The notes beneath the pieces are model-generated. The model was not told the origin of the DNA. It made no database searches and worked only from the letters and a program-made list of their open reading frames with translations. From an uncultured virus (IMG/VR IMGVR_UViG_3300037418_000929) (taxonomy: Duplodnaviria; Heunggongvirae; Uroviricota; Caudoviricetes), in IMG/VR virus record IMGVR_UViG_3300037418_000929: a stretch of 64,000 nucleotides of DNA. One strand, 5' to 3'. Below, piece by piece: positions 1-8,062 of the stretch (within the stretch, counting starts at the first letter, position 1; every line of letters starts with the position of its first letter). The translations under genes and the position numbers were made by a program.

Positions 1-128
1 CGCCTCAACGTCTGCCCGAGTGTCGCCGCAGTAGATGCCTCCATTGAGCGCGATGCGGCCCGCTTCGAGCATTTCGCGCGTGACGGGCTCACGGGATTGC
101 TCTGAGGTTTGCTGGTCAGGCATGGTCA
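1..128 (+). repeat. Direct repeat, copy 1 (matches 43984..44111)
   Basis: Identical over 1-99, C/G mismatch at 100 versus 44083, identical over 101-128. Confidence 0.97.
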
Positions 129-308
129 GTCGTCCTCCACGCGGATAAGCGAGAGCCGCCAAGTGACATATTCGTTGTCGGGCACGTCAACGTAATCGGC
201 ATAAGCGGCTTCAATGCGCTGCCACGCTTCGGTAAGCGCCCCGAACGCACCGCGATTGAAGCGACATTCGGGCGTGATATTCTGAACGCTCGCGGGTATC
301 TCGCTCAT
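126..308 (-). CDS. Hypothetical phage protein
   Basis: MSEIPASV..., ATGA overlap with the upstream ORF. Confidence 0.6.
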   Translation of the reverse strand: MSEIPASVQNITPECRFNRGAFGALTEAWQRIEAAYADYVDVPDNEYVTWRLSLIRVEDD

Positions 309-475
309 GGCTTCGTTTTCTCCTGCTGTGCTCTGGCGCGGAGGTCCTCTAACCGTTGCGACAATGCGTCCGGTCCGTAGAAGCATGAGAGCGTGTCGCA
401 ACGCCAGTGCCTGTCATTCGGCGCCACGCCGACGAAGCACGGGCGCTTGTCGTATTTGCACAGCCGCTGTGTCAC
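305..475 (-). CDS. Small Cys-containing hypothetical protein (56 aa, not in ORF track)
   Basis: AGGAGAGG RBS, GTG start, MTQRLCKYDKRPC..., stop overlaps the next ATG. Confidence 0.55.
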   Translation of the reverse strand: MTQRLCKYDKRPCFVGVAPNDRHWRCDTLSCFYGPDALSQRLEDLRARAQQEKTKP

Positions 476-485
476 TATCCCTCTC

Positions 486-623
486 CTACCGGATGGCCGC
501 AGCTATTAGAGCCGCGCCGAGCAAGATCGCAGCAGCAGCGGCATGGCCTTGAGTCAGCTCGTAGATCGCGAAGGCTCCCCACACGATCACCATCTTGTGC
601 TTCGATGCGAGGCCAACCCACAC
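486..623 (-). CDS. Small membrane peptide (45 aa, not in ORF track)
   Basis: AGGAGAGG RBS, GTG start, hydrophobic MWVGLASKHKMVIVWGAFAIY...ILLGAALIAAAIR. Confidence 0.55.
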   Translation of the reverse strand: MWVGLASKHKMVIVWGAFAIYELTQGHAAAAAILLGAALIAAAIR

Positions 624-1180
624 TATCCCTCTCCTGAGCTACTGTTCTGAAGGTGGCTGGGGTTGGGCGATGCCTCTTGCGAGGCCCGCGCTGTCGCGGC
701 TTCGCCGTCCAGCCCCTGCGGGTCTGGCCCCTGCCGGGCTTCCATCGCTATCGCGGGGTGCTCTTCGAGCGCCTGCGCGGCCTTCCTAGCAATGAAATGC
801 GTGAGCCGAAGATATTCCGCCATTAAGTCGGCGAGAAAGGTGCGCTCTCGCTGAAATCGCTCCTCGGCGCGCGCCACATTGTTCGCATAGAGATCGATCA
901 GCGGGGCCATTGCCGAGATTACGCCCGAGATTTGGTCTATGCTCTTTGATTCCAGTTCTGCCCGACGGGTAACTTCCGCCTTGCGTTCGTCGGATAGCTC
1001 ATCCCAAGCTACCGGGCGCGTAATTTCCTCTCCGGCGGCATCAAGCTCACCAGTGAAGAAAGTGTCCGGATTGTTGTCATAGAACGCCTCGGCAAGATCG
1101 CGCGAAGGATCGAAGCCCGTAGGGGCAAGACGCGAAGCGGCTTGATCGCTTGCGACGAGAGCGCTTTTTTCGTCAGGCAT
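623..1180 (-). CDS. Hypothetical protein bracketed by structured elements B and A
   Basis: Start MPDEKS at 1180 with AAAGGA RBS, coupled to the HNH gene stop. Confidence 0.65.
   Translation of the reverse strand: MPDEKSALVASDQAASRLAPTGFDPSRDLAEAFYDNNPDTFFTGELDAAGEEITRPVAWDELSDERKAEVTRRAELESKSIDQISGVISAMAPLIDLYANNVARAEERFQRERTFLADLMAEYLRLTHFIARKAAQALEEHPAIAMEARQGPDPQGLDGEAATARASQEASPNPSHLQNSSSGEG
663..755 (-). repeat. Structured multi-hairpin element, copy A
   Basis: CGCGATAGCGATGGAAG CCC-GGCA-GGG G CCAG AC CC-GCA-GG GG CTGG A CGGC-GAA-GCCG CGACAGCGCGG GCCTC-GCAA-GAGGC ATCGCCCAA. Confidence 0.85.
1101..1164 (+). repeat. Structured multi-hairpin element, copy B
   Basis: CGCGAAGGATCGAAG CCC-GTA-GGG G CAAG AC GC-GAA-GC GG CTTG A TCGC-TT-GCGA CGAGAGCGC. 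Confidence 0.85.
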
Positions 1181-1643
1181 CAATCGTCCTTTCATTTCGC
1201 CTCTGTCTGTATTTTGCGTCCGACGCCTTTTGGCACTCGCGGCAGACGCGGTATTCGCCCCGCTGGCGTCGGCGTAGAATGAGGTTATCGCCCGAGAGCG
1301 GGTGGCCCCTCTTGCAGTGCGTCTGGTTAGCTCTAGGGTCGTTTCCAGAGGCCACAACGTCCATCCGGTTCTCTTTCGCGGTCCCCGGCCTGATGTGAAA
1401 TGCGTTAACGCAATCCCGCACGTTGCAGCTGTGCCGCGCCACTTTGCCGCGCGGCCAGTCTCGGGCATATGCGATTTCCCACGCGACTTGATGGGCGCGC
1501 CGCATCTTGCCGCCAGCCCAGAAGAGCCCGTATCCATCAGCATCTTTGCCGCCCATGAATCGGCGGCAGCCATTCGCATCCGGCGATGCGGTCAAAAGCC
1601 CCAAGCGTGTAGCTATTCCAGCGCGCCCAGAATCCTCTTCCAT
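1173..1643 (-). CDS. HNH endonuclease with C-terminal Zn-binding module
   Basis: GYG...RAHQVAW...VARHSCNVRDCVNAFHIRPGTAKEN, then THCKRGH...CREC. Confidence 0.85.
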   Translation of the reverse strand: MEEDSGRAGIATRLGLLTASPDANGCRRFMGGKDADGYGLFWAGGKMRRAHQVAWEIAYARDWPRGKVARHSCNVRDCVNAFHIRPGTAKENRMDVVASGNDPRANQTHCKRGHPLSGDNLILRRRQRGEYRVCRECQKASDAKYRQRRNERTIDA

Positions 1644-1644
1644 C

Positions 1645-2085
1645 TTACTCCCCTCCATCCTGCTGTGGGTTGAGGGCGGCGCGGTTCTCTCGCACGATAT
1701 CTTCGAGAGCGATGCGCCATACCGTGGCCCCAAGTTCTATGCCGTCCTGGATGCGCGTGTCGGCGAACGTGATTTGCTCGCGAATGTGAGCCTCCAGCTG
1801 TTCTATCCTTGACCTGGATACCCCATCGCCAAGCGCGGCTTTGGCAAAGTCCTGTATTCGCTTCACCGGATCATCGCCGTTTACCGATGACCAGCGAGCG
1901 TGAGCGATTTCGTCGAGGGTGGCCTTGAAGCGTTCTATCCTTGGTTTGAGGATGGAATAGGCGGCTTCGGCCTCGGGGATCAGCGCGACCCAACAGGGCG
2001 TTCCCGGCAACATGTGCTCGTCAGGGTCCGGCTCATTGACGGCGCAAATCGCCTTCGCGATTTCCTCGATCATCTGGTCACTCAT
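1645..2085 (-). CDS. Hypothetical phage protein
   Basis: Translationally coupled ORF in the leftward early gene run. Confidence 0.65.
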   Translation of the reverse strand: MSDQMIEEIAKAICAVNEPDPDEHMLPGTPCWVALIPEAEAAYSILKPRIERFKATLDEIAHARWSSVNGDDPVKRIQDFAKAALGDGVSRSRIEQLEAHIREQITFADTRIQDGIELGATVWRIALEDIVRENRAALNPQQDGGE

Positions 2086-2305
2086 TACCTGGACTCCGGG
2101 ATGTGCGATTGTCGGGATTGGGCGTCTCGTCAGCTTCGCTGCCGCCCGCGCTACCCTTGCTTTCGCACGGAGCCTGCTTCGCGTCTCCGCCCTTCGGGAG
2201 GGTATCGACTGACGCTGGAACGAACGCGAAGCTGCCGTCCGGAAAGCCCCAGCAGAAATGTTCGCGCTCGAACCTTCGGAACGCGCGGCGGCTGCGGCGG
2301 CTCAT
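2078..2305 (-). CDS. Hypothetical protein with element C at its 3' end
   Basis: MSRRSRRAF..., GAGGT RBS, ATGA overlap. Confidence 0.55.
   Translation of the reverse strand: MSRRSRRAFRRFEREHFCWGFPDGSFAFVPASVDTLPKGGDAKQAPCESKGSAGGSEADETPNPDNRTSRSPGNE
2118..2215 (-). repeat. Structured multi-hairpin element, copy C
   Basis: GCGTCAGTCGATACCCT CCC-GAA-GGG CGGAG AC GC-GAA-GC AGG CTCCG TGC-GAAA-GCA AGGGTAGCGCGG..CAGC-GAA-GCTG ACGAGACGCCCAA. Confidence 0.85.
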
Positions 2306-2790
2306 TGTGTGACCTCGCCGTTCTGAATTATGCCATGCCATTCGCAATGACCGTGAAGATTGACGGACGGCTCAAGGCTCACGGTTTCCCACTTCCCTAT
2401 CTGACCGGATATTTTCCACCGCTTGACACCGCTGCTATCGTTGCCGGCGTGGGGGCCGGTGCACGTTGCTATCGGAACACGGTGATGCGAACAGCGGGGA
2501 CACATGAGATCGAGCGTTCCGCAACATGGTCGCGAAGAGTGAGCGTAGTAACTCGGTGCAAGTTCAAAGATGTCGATCATGCTGCGATCCTTTTCCGGGT
2601 GTGTGCGAGAAGCTGTTGCCCAATGTGGCGCGTGTAGAGCGTCGAGCGCCTCTCGTTCCATCTCCGCAATCGGGATAGCCGGATCGTCGCGCGATTCCTC
2701 AAGGCCGATCATCAGGTGCGCATAGGCTGGCACCGCGAAAGGCCGGAAGCGAACCGTCGTTTTCACTTCGACGCACATGCTCAACTCCAT
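2302..2790 (-). CDS. Hypothetical protein; C-terminal part (internal start 2580) DUF6527-like Cys/His domain
   Basis: CPRC...W...SLEPSV...CEWHGIIQNGEV pattern. Confidence 0.5.
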   Translation of the reverse strand: MELSMCVEVKTTVRFRPFAVPAYAHLMIGLEESRDDPAIPIAEMEREALDALHAPHWATASRTHPEKDRSMIDIFELAPSYYAHSSRPCCGTLDLMCPRCSHHRVPIATCTGPHAGNDSSGVKRWKISGQIGKWETVSLEPSVNLHGHCEWHGIIQNGEVTQ

Positions 2791-2802
2791 CTCATCTGTT
2801 GG

Positions 2803-3261
2803 TCAGTCATGCCGATCCTTTCTGGGCGCATCTTCCGCATCAGACTCGGAGAGTTGCTCCCGAACCCACCGGCTAATCTTTAGCTGCTCCGCTTTGGCCG
2901 CCGCGAGATCGGCGGGTATGTCGCGAATTGGCATGTCAAATTGCTCGCGCAGGATGCGCTTTGCATTCTGGACGATTGCCTTGTCCGGGTTGTCTTCGAC
3001 CCACTTCTTAATGCGGGCCTTTTCCTTGTCGGCGTTCTCGGTTCTGTAGCGCCTCTTTTGCTCCCTAACCTTTTCGGGGTTCTTCTCGCGGTAGAGCTTG
3101 ACGCGTTCAATGTGCTCTTCGCGGTTGGAACGGTATTGGGCGCGCTTCTCCGCTCGTCGCTTCTCCAAGTTCTCCGCGTAGAGCTGCTTCTGATAATCGG
3201 GATTACGCGCCCGCCACTGACGCATATATTCCCTCTGCTCTTCGAGGCTCTTAAAGGTCAC
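2803..3261 (-). CDS. Hypothetical protein with repeated 'YR..NP' helical units
   Basis: WRARNPD, YRSNRE, YREKNPE, YRTENAD, WVEDNPD repeats, as in N-termini of phage endonucleases; no catalytic domain seen. Confidence 0.6.
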   Translation of the reverse strand: MTFKSLEEQREYMRQWRARNPDYQKQLYAENLEKRRAEKRAQYRSNREEHIERVKLYREKNPEKVREQKRRYRTENADKEKARIKKWVEDNPDKAIVQNAKRILREQFDMPIRDIPADLAAAKAEQLKISRWVREQLSESDAEDAPRKDRHD

Positions 3262-3602
3262 GCCGCCGCCTTAGCTTTGCAATAGGGAGACTTGCAGGAG
3301 GCGGCCTCGGCGGCAGTTACGGTTGCCTCGCATTGGTCGCACCAGCGGTGCTGGTCAGCGTCGGGAATGGACGCAACGTCGCCCGACGCGATCTGCATCG
3401 AGCCTGCAATGTGGGCGGTGTCGCCCGGCCATTTCTTCAGTTCACCCGCTGCTTTGACTTCGACGGCAAGGGAATTGTTGATTTGCGCGGCCACTTGGGC
3501 GACCGCCTTCGCCTCCTCGACATCAACGCTCCCATTACGGATGCTAACCAGGATGTCGGCGAGAAACCCCCGCAATTCTCCTGCCGTCTTAATTTTACTC
3601 AC
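3258..3602 (-). CDS. Hypothetical protein with C-terminal CxxC..C..C
   Basis: GGGAGG RBS, GTG start. Confidence 0.65.
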   Translation of the reverse strand: MSKIKTAGELRGFLADILVSIRNGSVDVEEAKAVAQVAAQINNSLAVEVKAAGELKKWPGDTAHIAGSMQIASGDVASIPDADQHRWCDQCEATVTAAEAASCKSPYCKAKAAA

Positions 3603-3741
3603 AACAGCCTCCCAAAATAGACAGGGGTTCCAAGTTCAAAATCAGGTTCACCGGGAATCTGTGCCATAACGTGCGCCTTCCGGTGCTATTCTGTTCCCAA
3701 GGGAAGCAACCCGGCGACACTCTACAGCGGCGAGGGGCAAC

Positions 3742-3789
3742 GCCTTCGGGAGGCAGGGGCCGGAGGTTCGAATCCTCTCTCCCCGACCA
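3742..3789 (+). other. attP: attP core: 3' half of tRNA-Pro(CGG)
   Basis: GCC-TTCGGGA-GGCAG anticodon arm, GGAGG-TTCGAAT-CCTCT T-arm, CTCCCCG-A-CCA end; no 5' half; ~250 bp downstream of the integrase. Confidence 0.9.
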
Positions 3790-3845
3790 GCTTTTTACTA
3801 GACAAATCCGCCTAGAAATGCAAGTGATTTGGACAGGGGCCGGAG

Positions 3846-4055
3846 TCACAAATCGAACCCCTGATGCTCCTCATGGAGCCGCCGAACCTTGTCGGGGAAC
3901 AGGTCGTGACCGGCTGACTGCCACAGCATTCCGGCCCATCCGGCCAGCGAAATGACCAACCAATTTTCAAAGTTGAAGCCCATCCAGCCAATCACAGCTA
4001 CGGTCAAAATGAAGCTGATGATCGCCTTCGTTAGGCCGCGAAGTTCAATGGGCAT
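3846..4055 (-). CDS. Small two-TM membrane protein between int and attP
   Basis: GGAGG RBS, two hydrophobic stretches. Confidence 0.55.
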   Translation of the reverse strand: MPIELRGLTKAIISFILTVAVIGWMGFNFENWLVISLAGWAGMLWQSAGHDLFPDKVRRLHEEHQGFDL

Positions 4056-5019
4056 GTTCCGGCCTCCTCTGAACCTTGGTCGCGACCCCGCGCAGATGCC
4101 CCGGCGAATAGCGGGCATAGTGGGTTGAAGTGGTTGCGGAATCGTCGTGGCCCATGAACTGCGCCAGCTCGTCCATCGATGCTCCGGCCTCGGCTGCCCA
4201 AACGGCTCCGGTGTGCCGGAGAGTATAGGGCGTCACCCGAACGCCGGAGCGCGCCGACGCTGCCTGAAAAGCCTTCTTGATGTTGCCGATGGGCTTGGCC
4301 CCGCGCTCGATCACATATTCGCTCTGGCGGCCCGCGTAGGCTTCGCGCAGCGCATCTAGCGCCTCGTCATTCAGGGCAACCACGGGACGGCGCTTCTTCG
4401 TCTGCCGCCGCCCCTTGGGGTTCAGGTCGATTTGCCCGCGCTCGAAGTCCACGCGGTCCCAGGTCAGCTCCAGGATCGCGGTTGGGCGGGCCATCGTGTA
4501 GAGCCCGAGCAATGCGTAGAGCCGTGCGTGGGGCGCTTTGACTTCGGCATACCAGCGCTCGAACTGCGCGTGCGTCAGGTGGCGGATTTGCCGCTCGGGG
4601 GCTGCGGGCCTCCAAACCTTCCTCGGCCTGTTCGCATGGCGCAGGGCTACTGAAAGCATGGACAGCTCGTAACGAACGGTGGCGGGTCCCACCTTGCGCG
4701 TCTCCGCGTATTTACGGCACATCGCGTCGTCGATCCGCTCGGGGTCCACGTTCTCCCAGAAGCTCTTCATCGCCTTCCACGCGTCCTTCTGGCGCGCCGT
4801 GGACGCAATCTCGGCAGCCTCGCGGGCGGCGATGTATTCAGTCACGATGCGGCCCACGGTCCACGGTTCATCCTTCAGCTCCGCGAAGACAGAGCGCGCT
4901 TCAGCCTCTGCGCTGGATCGGTCCTTCGCCGTGAGACGGATGCGAGTGCGCTTTCCTTCACCCTTGGGGATGACGATTGCGTATCCCTTTCCGAGGCGCT
5001 GGACGCTGTATTCTGGCAC
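4045..5019 (-). CDS. int: Tyrosine recombinase (integrase)
   Basis: TMARPTAILEL (R), TKK, YTLRH, MGH...HYARY catalytic motifs; adjacent tRNA-derived attP. Confidence 0.95.
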   Translation of the reverse strand: MPEYSVQRLGKGYAIVIPKGEGKRTRIRLTAKDRSSAEAEARSVFAELKDEPWTVGRIVTEYIAAREAAEIASTARQKDAWKAMKSFWENVDPERIDDAMCRKYAETRKVGPATVRYELSMLSVALRHANRPRKVWRPAAPERQIRHLTHAQFERWYAEVKAPHARLYALLGLYTMARPTAILELTWDRVDFERGQIDLNPKGRRQTKKRRPVVALNDEALDALREAYAGRQSEYVIERGAKPIGNIKKAFQAASARSGVRVTPYTLRHTGAVWAAEAGASMDELAQFMGHDDSATTSTHYARYSPGHLRGVATKVQRRPEHAH

Positions 5020-5165
5020 TCGAACCTCCGAACCTCTTCAGCCGGGATGCGTATTAGCGTGCCGAGCCGAAAGCAGCCAAGGTCGCCGTTGGCGATGGCC
5101 TTGCGGATCACGCCCTCGGAGCAGCCCCATTCGTCGGCCAGCGTAGAGACGGTGTAGGCTCTCAC
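4875..5165 (-). CDS. xis: Excisionase-like HTH protein overlapping int
   Basis: YTVSTLADEWGCSEGVIRKAIANGDLGCFRLGTLIRIP winged-HTH pattern directly upstream of int. Confidence 0.75.
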   Translation of the reverse strand: MRAYTVSTLADEWGCSEGVIRKAIANGDLGCFRLGTLIRIPAEEVRRFECQNTASSASERDTQSSSPRVKESALASVSRRRTDPAQRLKRALSSRS

Positions 5166-5276
5166 GCCGCCTTCGTCCGATCTTCGCGTCTGTCGTTTAT
5201 TCGAAGAGGCCATGCATCAGGATTGCGTCCTGTAGAGCTTTTTACCTGGGTGGGGTCGAGCATTTGGCGGTGGCCG

Positions 5277-5447
5277 TTACGCATTGGGCGTCTCCCCGTT
5301 GGGGACCGCGCTCTCGTGAACGGAGCCTGTCTGCGCAGTCTCCGCCCTTCGGGCTTCGATCGCTGACGCGATGCGACGCAATGCGTCGGCAATGGACATC
5401 AGAGCGAACATGATCGCGGTTCCGACTATTGCGAGGACAAGCGTCAT
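5277..5447 (-). CDS. Small membrane-anchored protein (56 aa) whose C-terminal half is element D (not in ORF track)
   Basis: MTLVLAIVGTAIMFALMSIADALRRIASAIEARRAETAQTGSVHESAVPNGETPNA; GGAG RBS, ATGA overlap. Confidence 0.65.
   Translation of the reverse strand: MTLVLAIVGTAIMFALMSIADALRRIASAIEARRAETAQTGSVHESAVPNGETPNA
5284..5370 (-). repeat. Structured multi-hairpin element, copy D
   Basis: CGCGTCAGCGATCGAAG CCC-GAA-GGG CGGAG AC TGCGCAG ACAGG CTCCG TTCA CGAGAGCGCGG TCCCC-AAC-GGGGA GACGCCCAA. Confidence 0.85.
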
Positions 5448-5728
5448 TGGCCGTCTCCACCCTTGAGTTGAACTTTATCTGCCGCAGCCAACATCTCATC
5501 AACGCCCGCAAAGCGCGTAACCTTTCCGCGCTCGCCTGCGCGAATTGCCTCGCGGGTGACAGCGTTCGGCGAACGGACGCAAAAGAGCAGATGCCCGTCA
5601 GCTAGCTTCAGGACGGTCTCAAGGTCCGCCGCGCGCACCGAAAGCTTGCTCTCACCCAATTCACATTCTCCAAGCTGCGTTTTTAGGGCGAGCAGCTCAT
5701 CCCACAGTCGGTCAATGGCCTCGGTCAT
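5444..5728 (-). CDS. Hypothetical protein
   Basis: Coupled ORF; C-terminal PNAVTREAIRAGERG..RF..VDEM resembles RelB/DinJ antitoxin C-termini (weak). Confidence 0.55.
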   Translation of the reverse strand: MTEAIDRLWDELLALKTQLGECELGESKLSVRAADLETVLKLADGHLLFCVRSPNAVTREAIRAGERGKVTRFAGVDEMLAAADKVQLKGGDGQ

Positions 5729-6108
5729 GCCGCCTCTCGAATATCTCTGAACTTCACGCCGTTACGCCCGCCCCATTCCATGATGAGGTCCACAAGGGCG
5801 GAGAACTGCGATACGCTCAACTCGCTCGTCTTTTGCCCGACAGGAAACACGCCGTTACCATCCAGCTCGGGCAGGAACCGCGTCTCGTTCCTGAGCGCGT
5901 GCATGAAGCGCAATTTCCATTCGTCGCGGGACCATTCGGAAGCGCCCTCGACCTGCGCGCGGATATCATCCACCAATGCGTGCAAAATGCGGTTCTGGTC
6001 GTCCGAGCGCTTCTTCTCGCGCACCTCGCATATGTAGCCGTGCGGGGCGCGATCGATCTCTTCCTTCGCCTTTGCGCGGCTGTAGGGTCCGCCGAGGTAG
6101 AACTTCAC
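5725..6108 (-). CDS. ninB: NinB/Orf-family recombination protein
   Basis: KRSDDQNRILHALVDDI...W..EWK..F...TSELSVSQFSALVDLI..WG..NGVKF. Confidence 0.85.
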   Translation of the reverse strand: MKFYLGGPYSRAKAKEEIDRAPHGYICEVREKKRSDDQNRILHALVDDIRAQVEGASEWSRDEWKLRFMHALRNETRFLPELDGNGVFPVGQKTSELSVSQFSALVDLIMEWGGRNGVKFRDIREAA

Positions 6109-6293
6109 GCCATATACTCCCAATGCCACATGGTTTCGGGCTGGCCGTCACCATTGGCGATCAGGACTTTCCAGCCCTTGCGCAGCACCGTTTCCAACCA
6201 GACGTAATCACCGTGGAGCGTGCGCACCGGACGCCAAGCAAACCACGAGTGCCACGCGGTCCTGTCGCGCTTCGAGGGCCGGCCGAATCTCAC
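6105..6293 (-). CDS. Hypothetical phage protein (WHxWFAWRPV type)
   Basis: WHSWFAWRPVRT...VWLETV. Confidence 0.6.
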   Translation of the reverse strand: MRFGRPSKRDRTAWHSWFAWRPVRTLHGDYVWLETVLRKGWKVLIANGDGQPETMWHWEYMA

Positions 6294-6619
6294 GCGGCCC
6301 TCCGCTTCCATGCGTCGGCGAAACCCATCGCCTCCGCGTAAAGGTCGATGCCCCATTCGTCGTAAAAGCCTTGGTGACCCAGCGCCTCCACGCTCATTTT
6401 CGGATCGCCCTGGATTTGGTGGTGCGCGAAGCACAGCGGCACGACCATCCAATGACTGCGGGTGAACCGCCCCGGCCTGTCCGCGTATCCGGTCACATGA
6501 TGCACCGTCGCCGCGCCCGCGCACACAAGGCAGCCATGCTCGGCGACCCACCCGTGGAAGCGTTCAAGCTCCACCGGCTTGTGCTTGCGTTTCGCGCGAA
6601 GGGCGGTGCGGCGGAGCAT
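6290..6619 (-). CDS. Ref/DUF968-like HNH nuclease
   Basis: GCLVC...HHV...VPLCFAHH within a recombination module. Confidence 0.7.
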   Translation of the reverse strand: MLRRTALRAKRKHKPVELERFHGWVAEHGCLVCAGAATVHHVTGYADRPGRFTRSHWMVVPLCFAHHQIQGDPKMSVEALGHQGFYDEWGIDLYAEAMGFADAWKRRAA

Positions 6620-6621
6620 GG

Positions 6622-6861
6622 CTAGAACGGCGCAGAGTCGTCCAGATCGACCGTCGCGGGCGCGCGCTGTGGGGCGCTGTCGGTCAGCCTCTCGCGCGGC
6701 TCAAACAGATTGGCGACACACCGCCCCTCCGCGTCGGGAAGCGGCAAAGCATCGAAGATGAGCTGGATGCCCTTCTCGCCCTCGAACGCCGTTCCAATGC
6801 GCGTCCAGAATGTCTTGTCCCGCCCCTTGCGCGGGGCCATGATGTCATATCGCTTAGCCAT
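6622..6861 (-). CDS. Small SSB-like protein with acidic tail
   Basis: TFWTRIGTAF core and C-terminal DLDDSAPF; follows erf. Confidence 0.6.
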   Translation of the reverse strand: MAKRYDIMAPRKGRDKTFWTRIGTAFEGEKGIQLIFDALPLPDAEGRCVANLFEPRERLTDSAPQRAPATVDLDDSAPF

Positions 6862-7567
6862 TGATTCCCTCCATTTCTTCTAGCTCACGGCGCTTGTTCG
6901 CCACGCGGATCGACAGTGGGACGAACTCCGCTGGCATGGCATCGCTGCCGAACCAGTATTGCGGGGCGTCCCTGCTGACCTGCTCGACGAACTCGGCGTA
7001 ATCCTTGGTCTCTTCCCATGCGATCAGCTCGCCCATGTCGCCCATTTTTTCGAGCGTCTTTGCGAACTCGTGGCAGGCGGTTTTGAGCGCCGTGGGTGAC
7101 TTGTAGGGACCGTCGAGCTGGACGCGCTTGGCGGGCGGCGTCTCGCCCGTGCTAGGGCGCGGGGCATGATCCGAACGCGGAAGAGACGCAGTTGCCGCGT
7201 TCCCATCGTCATCCTCTGTCGGCACTCCGAACGCGGTTTGCAGGGCATACCTGCGCGCGTAGGTCAGCGCCGATCCGAAGCCCTGCGCATCGCGCTTGTT
7301 CGCGGGTAGGTAGAGCAGGCCGAGGCTTTCCTTCTCGCCCGAGCAATGGTGAAGCACCGTCTCCACGCTCACCCCGTCCTCCGAGGGCTGGCAGCGCTGT
7401 GTGAAGAACAGGCCGTGGCGGATCAGCGGCGGCTTGATCGCCTCGATGATGCTGGTAAGGTCCGCATACTTGCTCTTGAAATGCGGGTTGGTCGCAGCCT
7501 TGGTCGCGCCCTCGATTTCAGCGAACGCCGCAGTCATCGCGGATGCGAGATTCTGGTGAACGATCAT
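6854..7567 (-). CDS. erf: ERF-family single-strand annealing protein
   Basis: NPHFKSKYADL...AQGFGSALTYARRYAL...EDDDGN. Confidence 0.93.
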   Translation of the reverse strand: MIVHQNLASAMTAAFAEIEGATKAATNPHFKSKYADLTSIIEAIKPPLIRHGLFFTQRCQPSEDGVSVETVLHHCSGEKESLGLLYLPANKRDAQGFGSALTYARRYALQTAFGVPTEDDDGNAATASLPRSDHAPRPSTGETPPAKRVQLDGPYKSPTALKTACHEFAKTLEKMGDMGELIAWEETKDYAEFVEQVSRDAPQYWFGSDAMPAEFVPLSIRVANKRRELEEMEGING

Positions 7568-7604
7568 CGGCGGATCATCCAACTGCTCGCCGAGAGTTTT
7601 GAGT

Positions 7605-7805
7605 TTAGTCGCCACGAATGTCGCCCGCCGCTTTTTCAGCCGCACGGGCCTCCCTTGAGGATGAGTTGATCTGTCGTGAAATCTCCATCACGCGGTCGGC
7701 GCGAGGCGTGGTTCGTGTTGCGGTTCCAGCCTCAAGCCAGTCGGCGCACAGCGCGGCGATGAAGAGATCGTGCTGGCGCATGGGATCGGTTGGAAAATCT
7801 CTCAC
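7605..7805 (-). CDS. Hypothetical protein
   Basis: GTGA overlap, GGAGG RBS. Confidence 0.5.
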   Translation of the reverse strand: MRDFPTDPMRQHDLFIAALCADWLEAGTATRTTPRADRVMEISRQINSSSREARAAEKAAGDIRGD

Positions 7806-8062
7806 GCCGCCCTCCGCTTGTTCAGCAGCGGGTCGCCGTTGACCTCGACCAGCGGAACCCACACGGTCGCCTCGCGACACGATGCGCACCATCCCTGATC
7901 GTCCACGGGATTGTCGCAGCACGGGCAGAGAACATCGGTCTCACCCTCGCCGTCGCAGTAGGGGCACAGCTCTTCCTCGAAATAGCCGGTGCCGATTACG
8001 CCCGTATCGTGCGCGACAGTGATCGAGCCGAAGCCCGAACATTCGGAGCAACGGTCTTTCAT
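7802..8062 (-). CDS. Zn-finger protein (DnaJ-like CxxCxGxG repeats)
   Basis: CSECSGFG, CPYCDGEG, CPCC, CASC. Confidence 0.65.
   Translation of the reverse strand: MKDRCSECSGFGSITVAHDTGVIGTGYFEEELCPYCDGEGETDVLCPCCDNPVDDQGWCASCREATVWVPLVEVNGDPLLNKRRAA

Noticed and set aside
1181..1579. 318-aa ORF 623..1579 as one protein
   Set aside because: The upstream part is an alternative frame of the HNH gene; the RBS supports a start at 1180
3627..3649. LexA box from three GTTC units near attP
   Set aside because: Spacings are N3 and N8, not N7; more likely Xis or arm-type sites, which I cannot confirm
3715..3789. Complete tRNA-Pro gene
   Set aside because: No 5' acceptor strand or D-arm upstream; only the anticodon loop to CCA is present, consistent with an attP core
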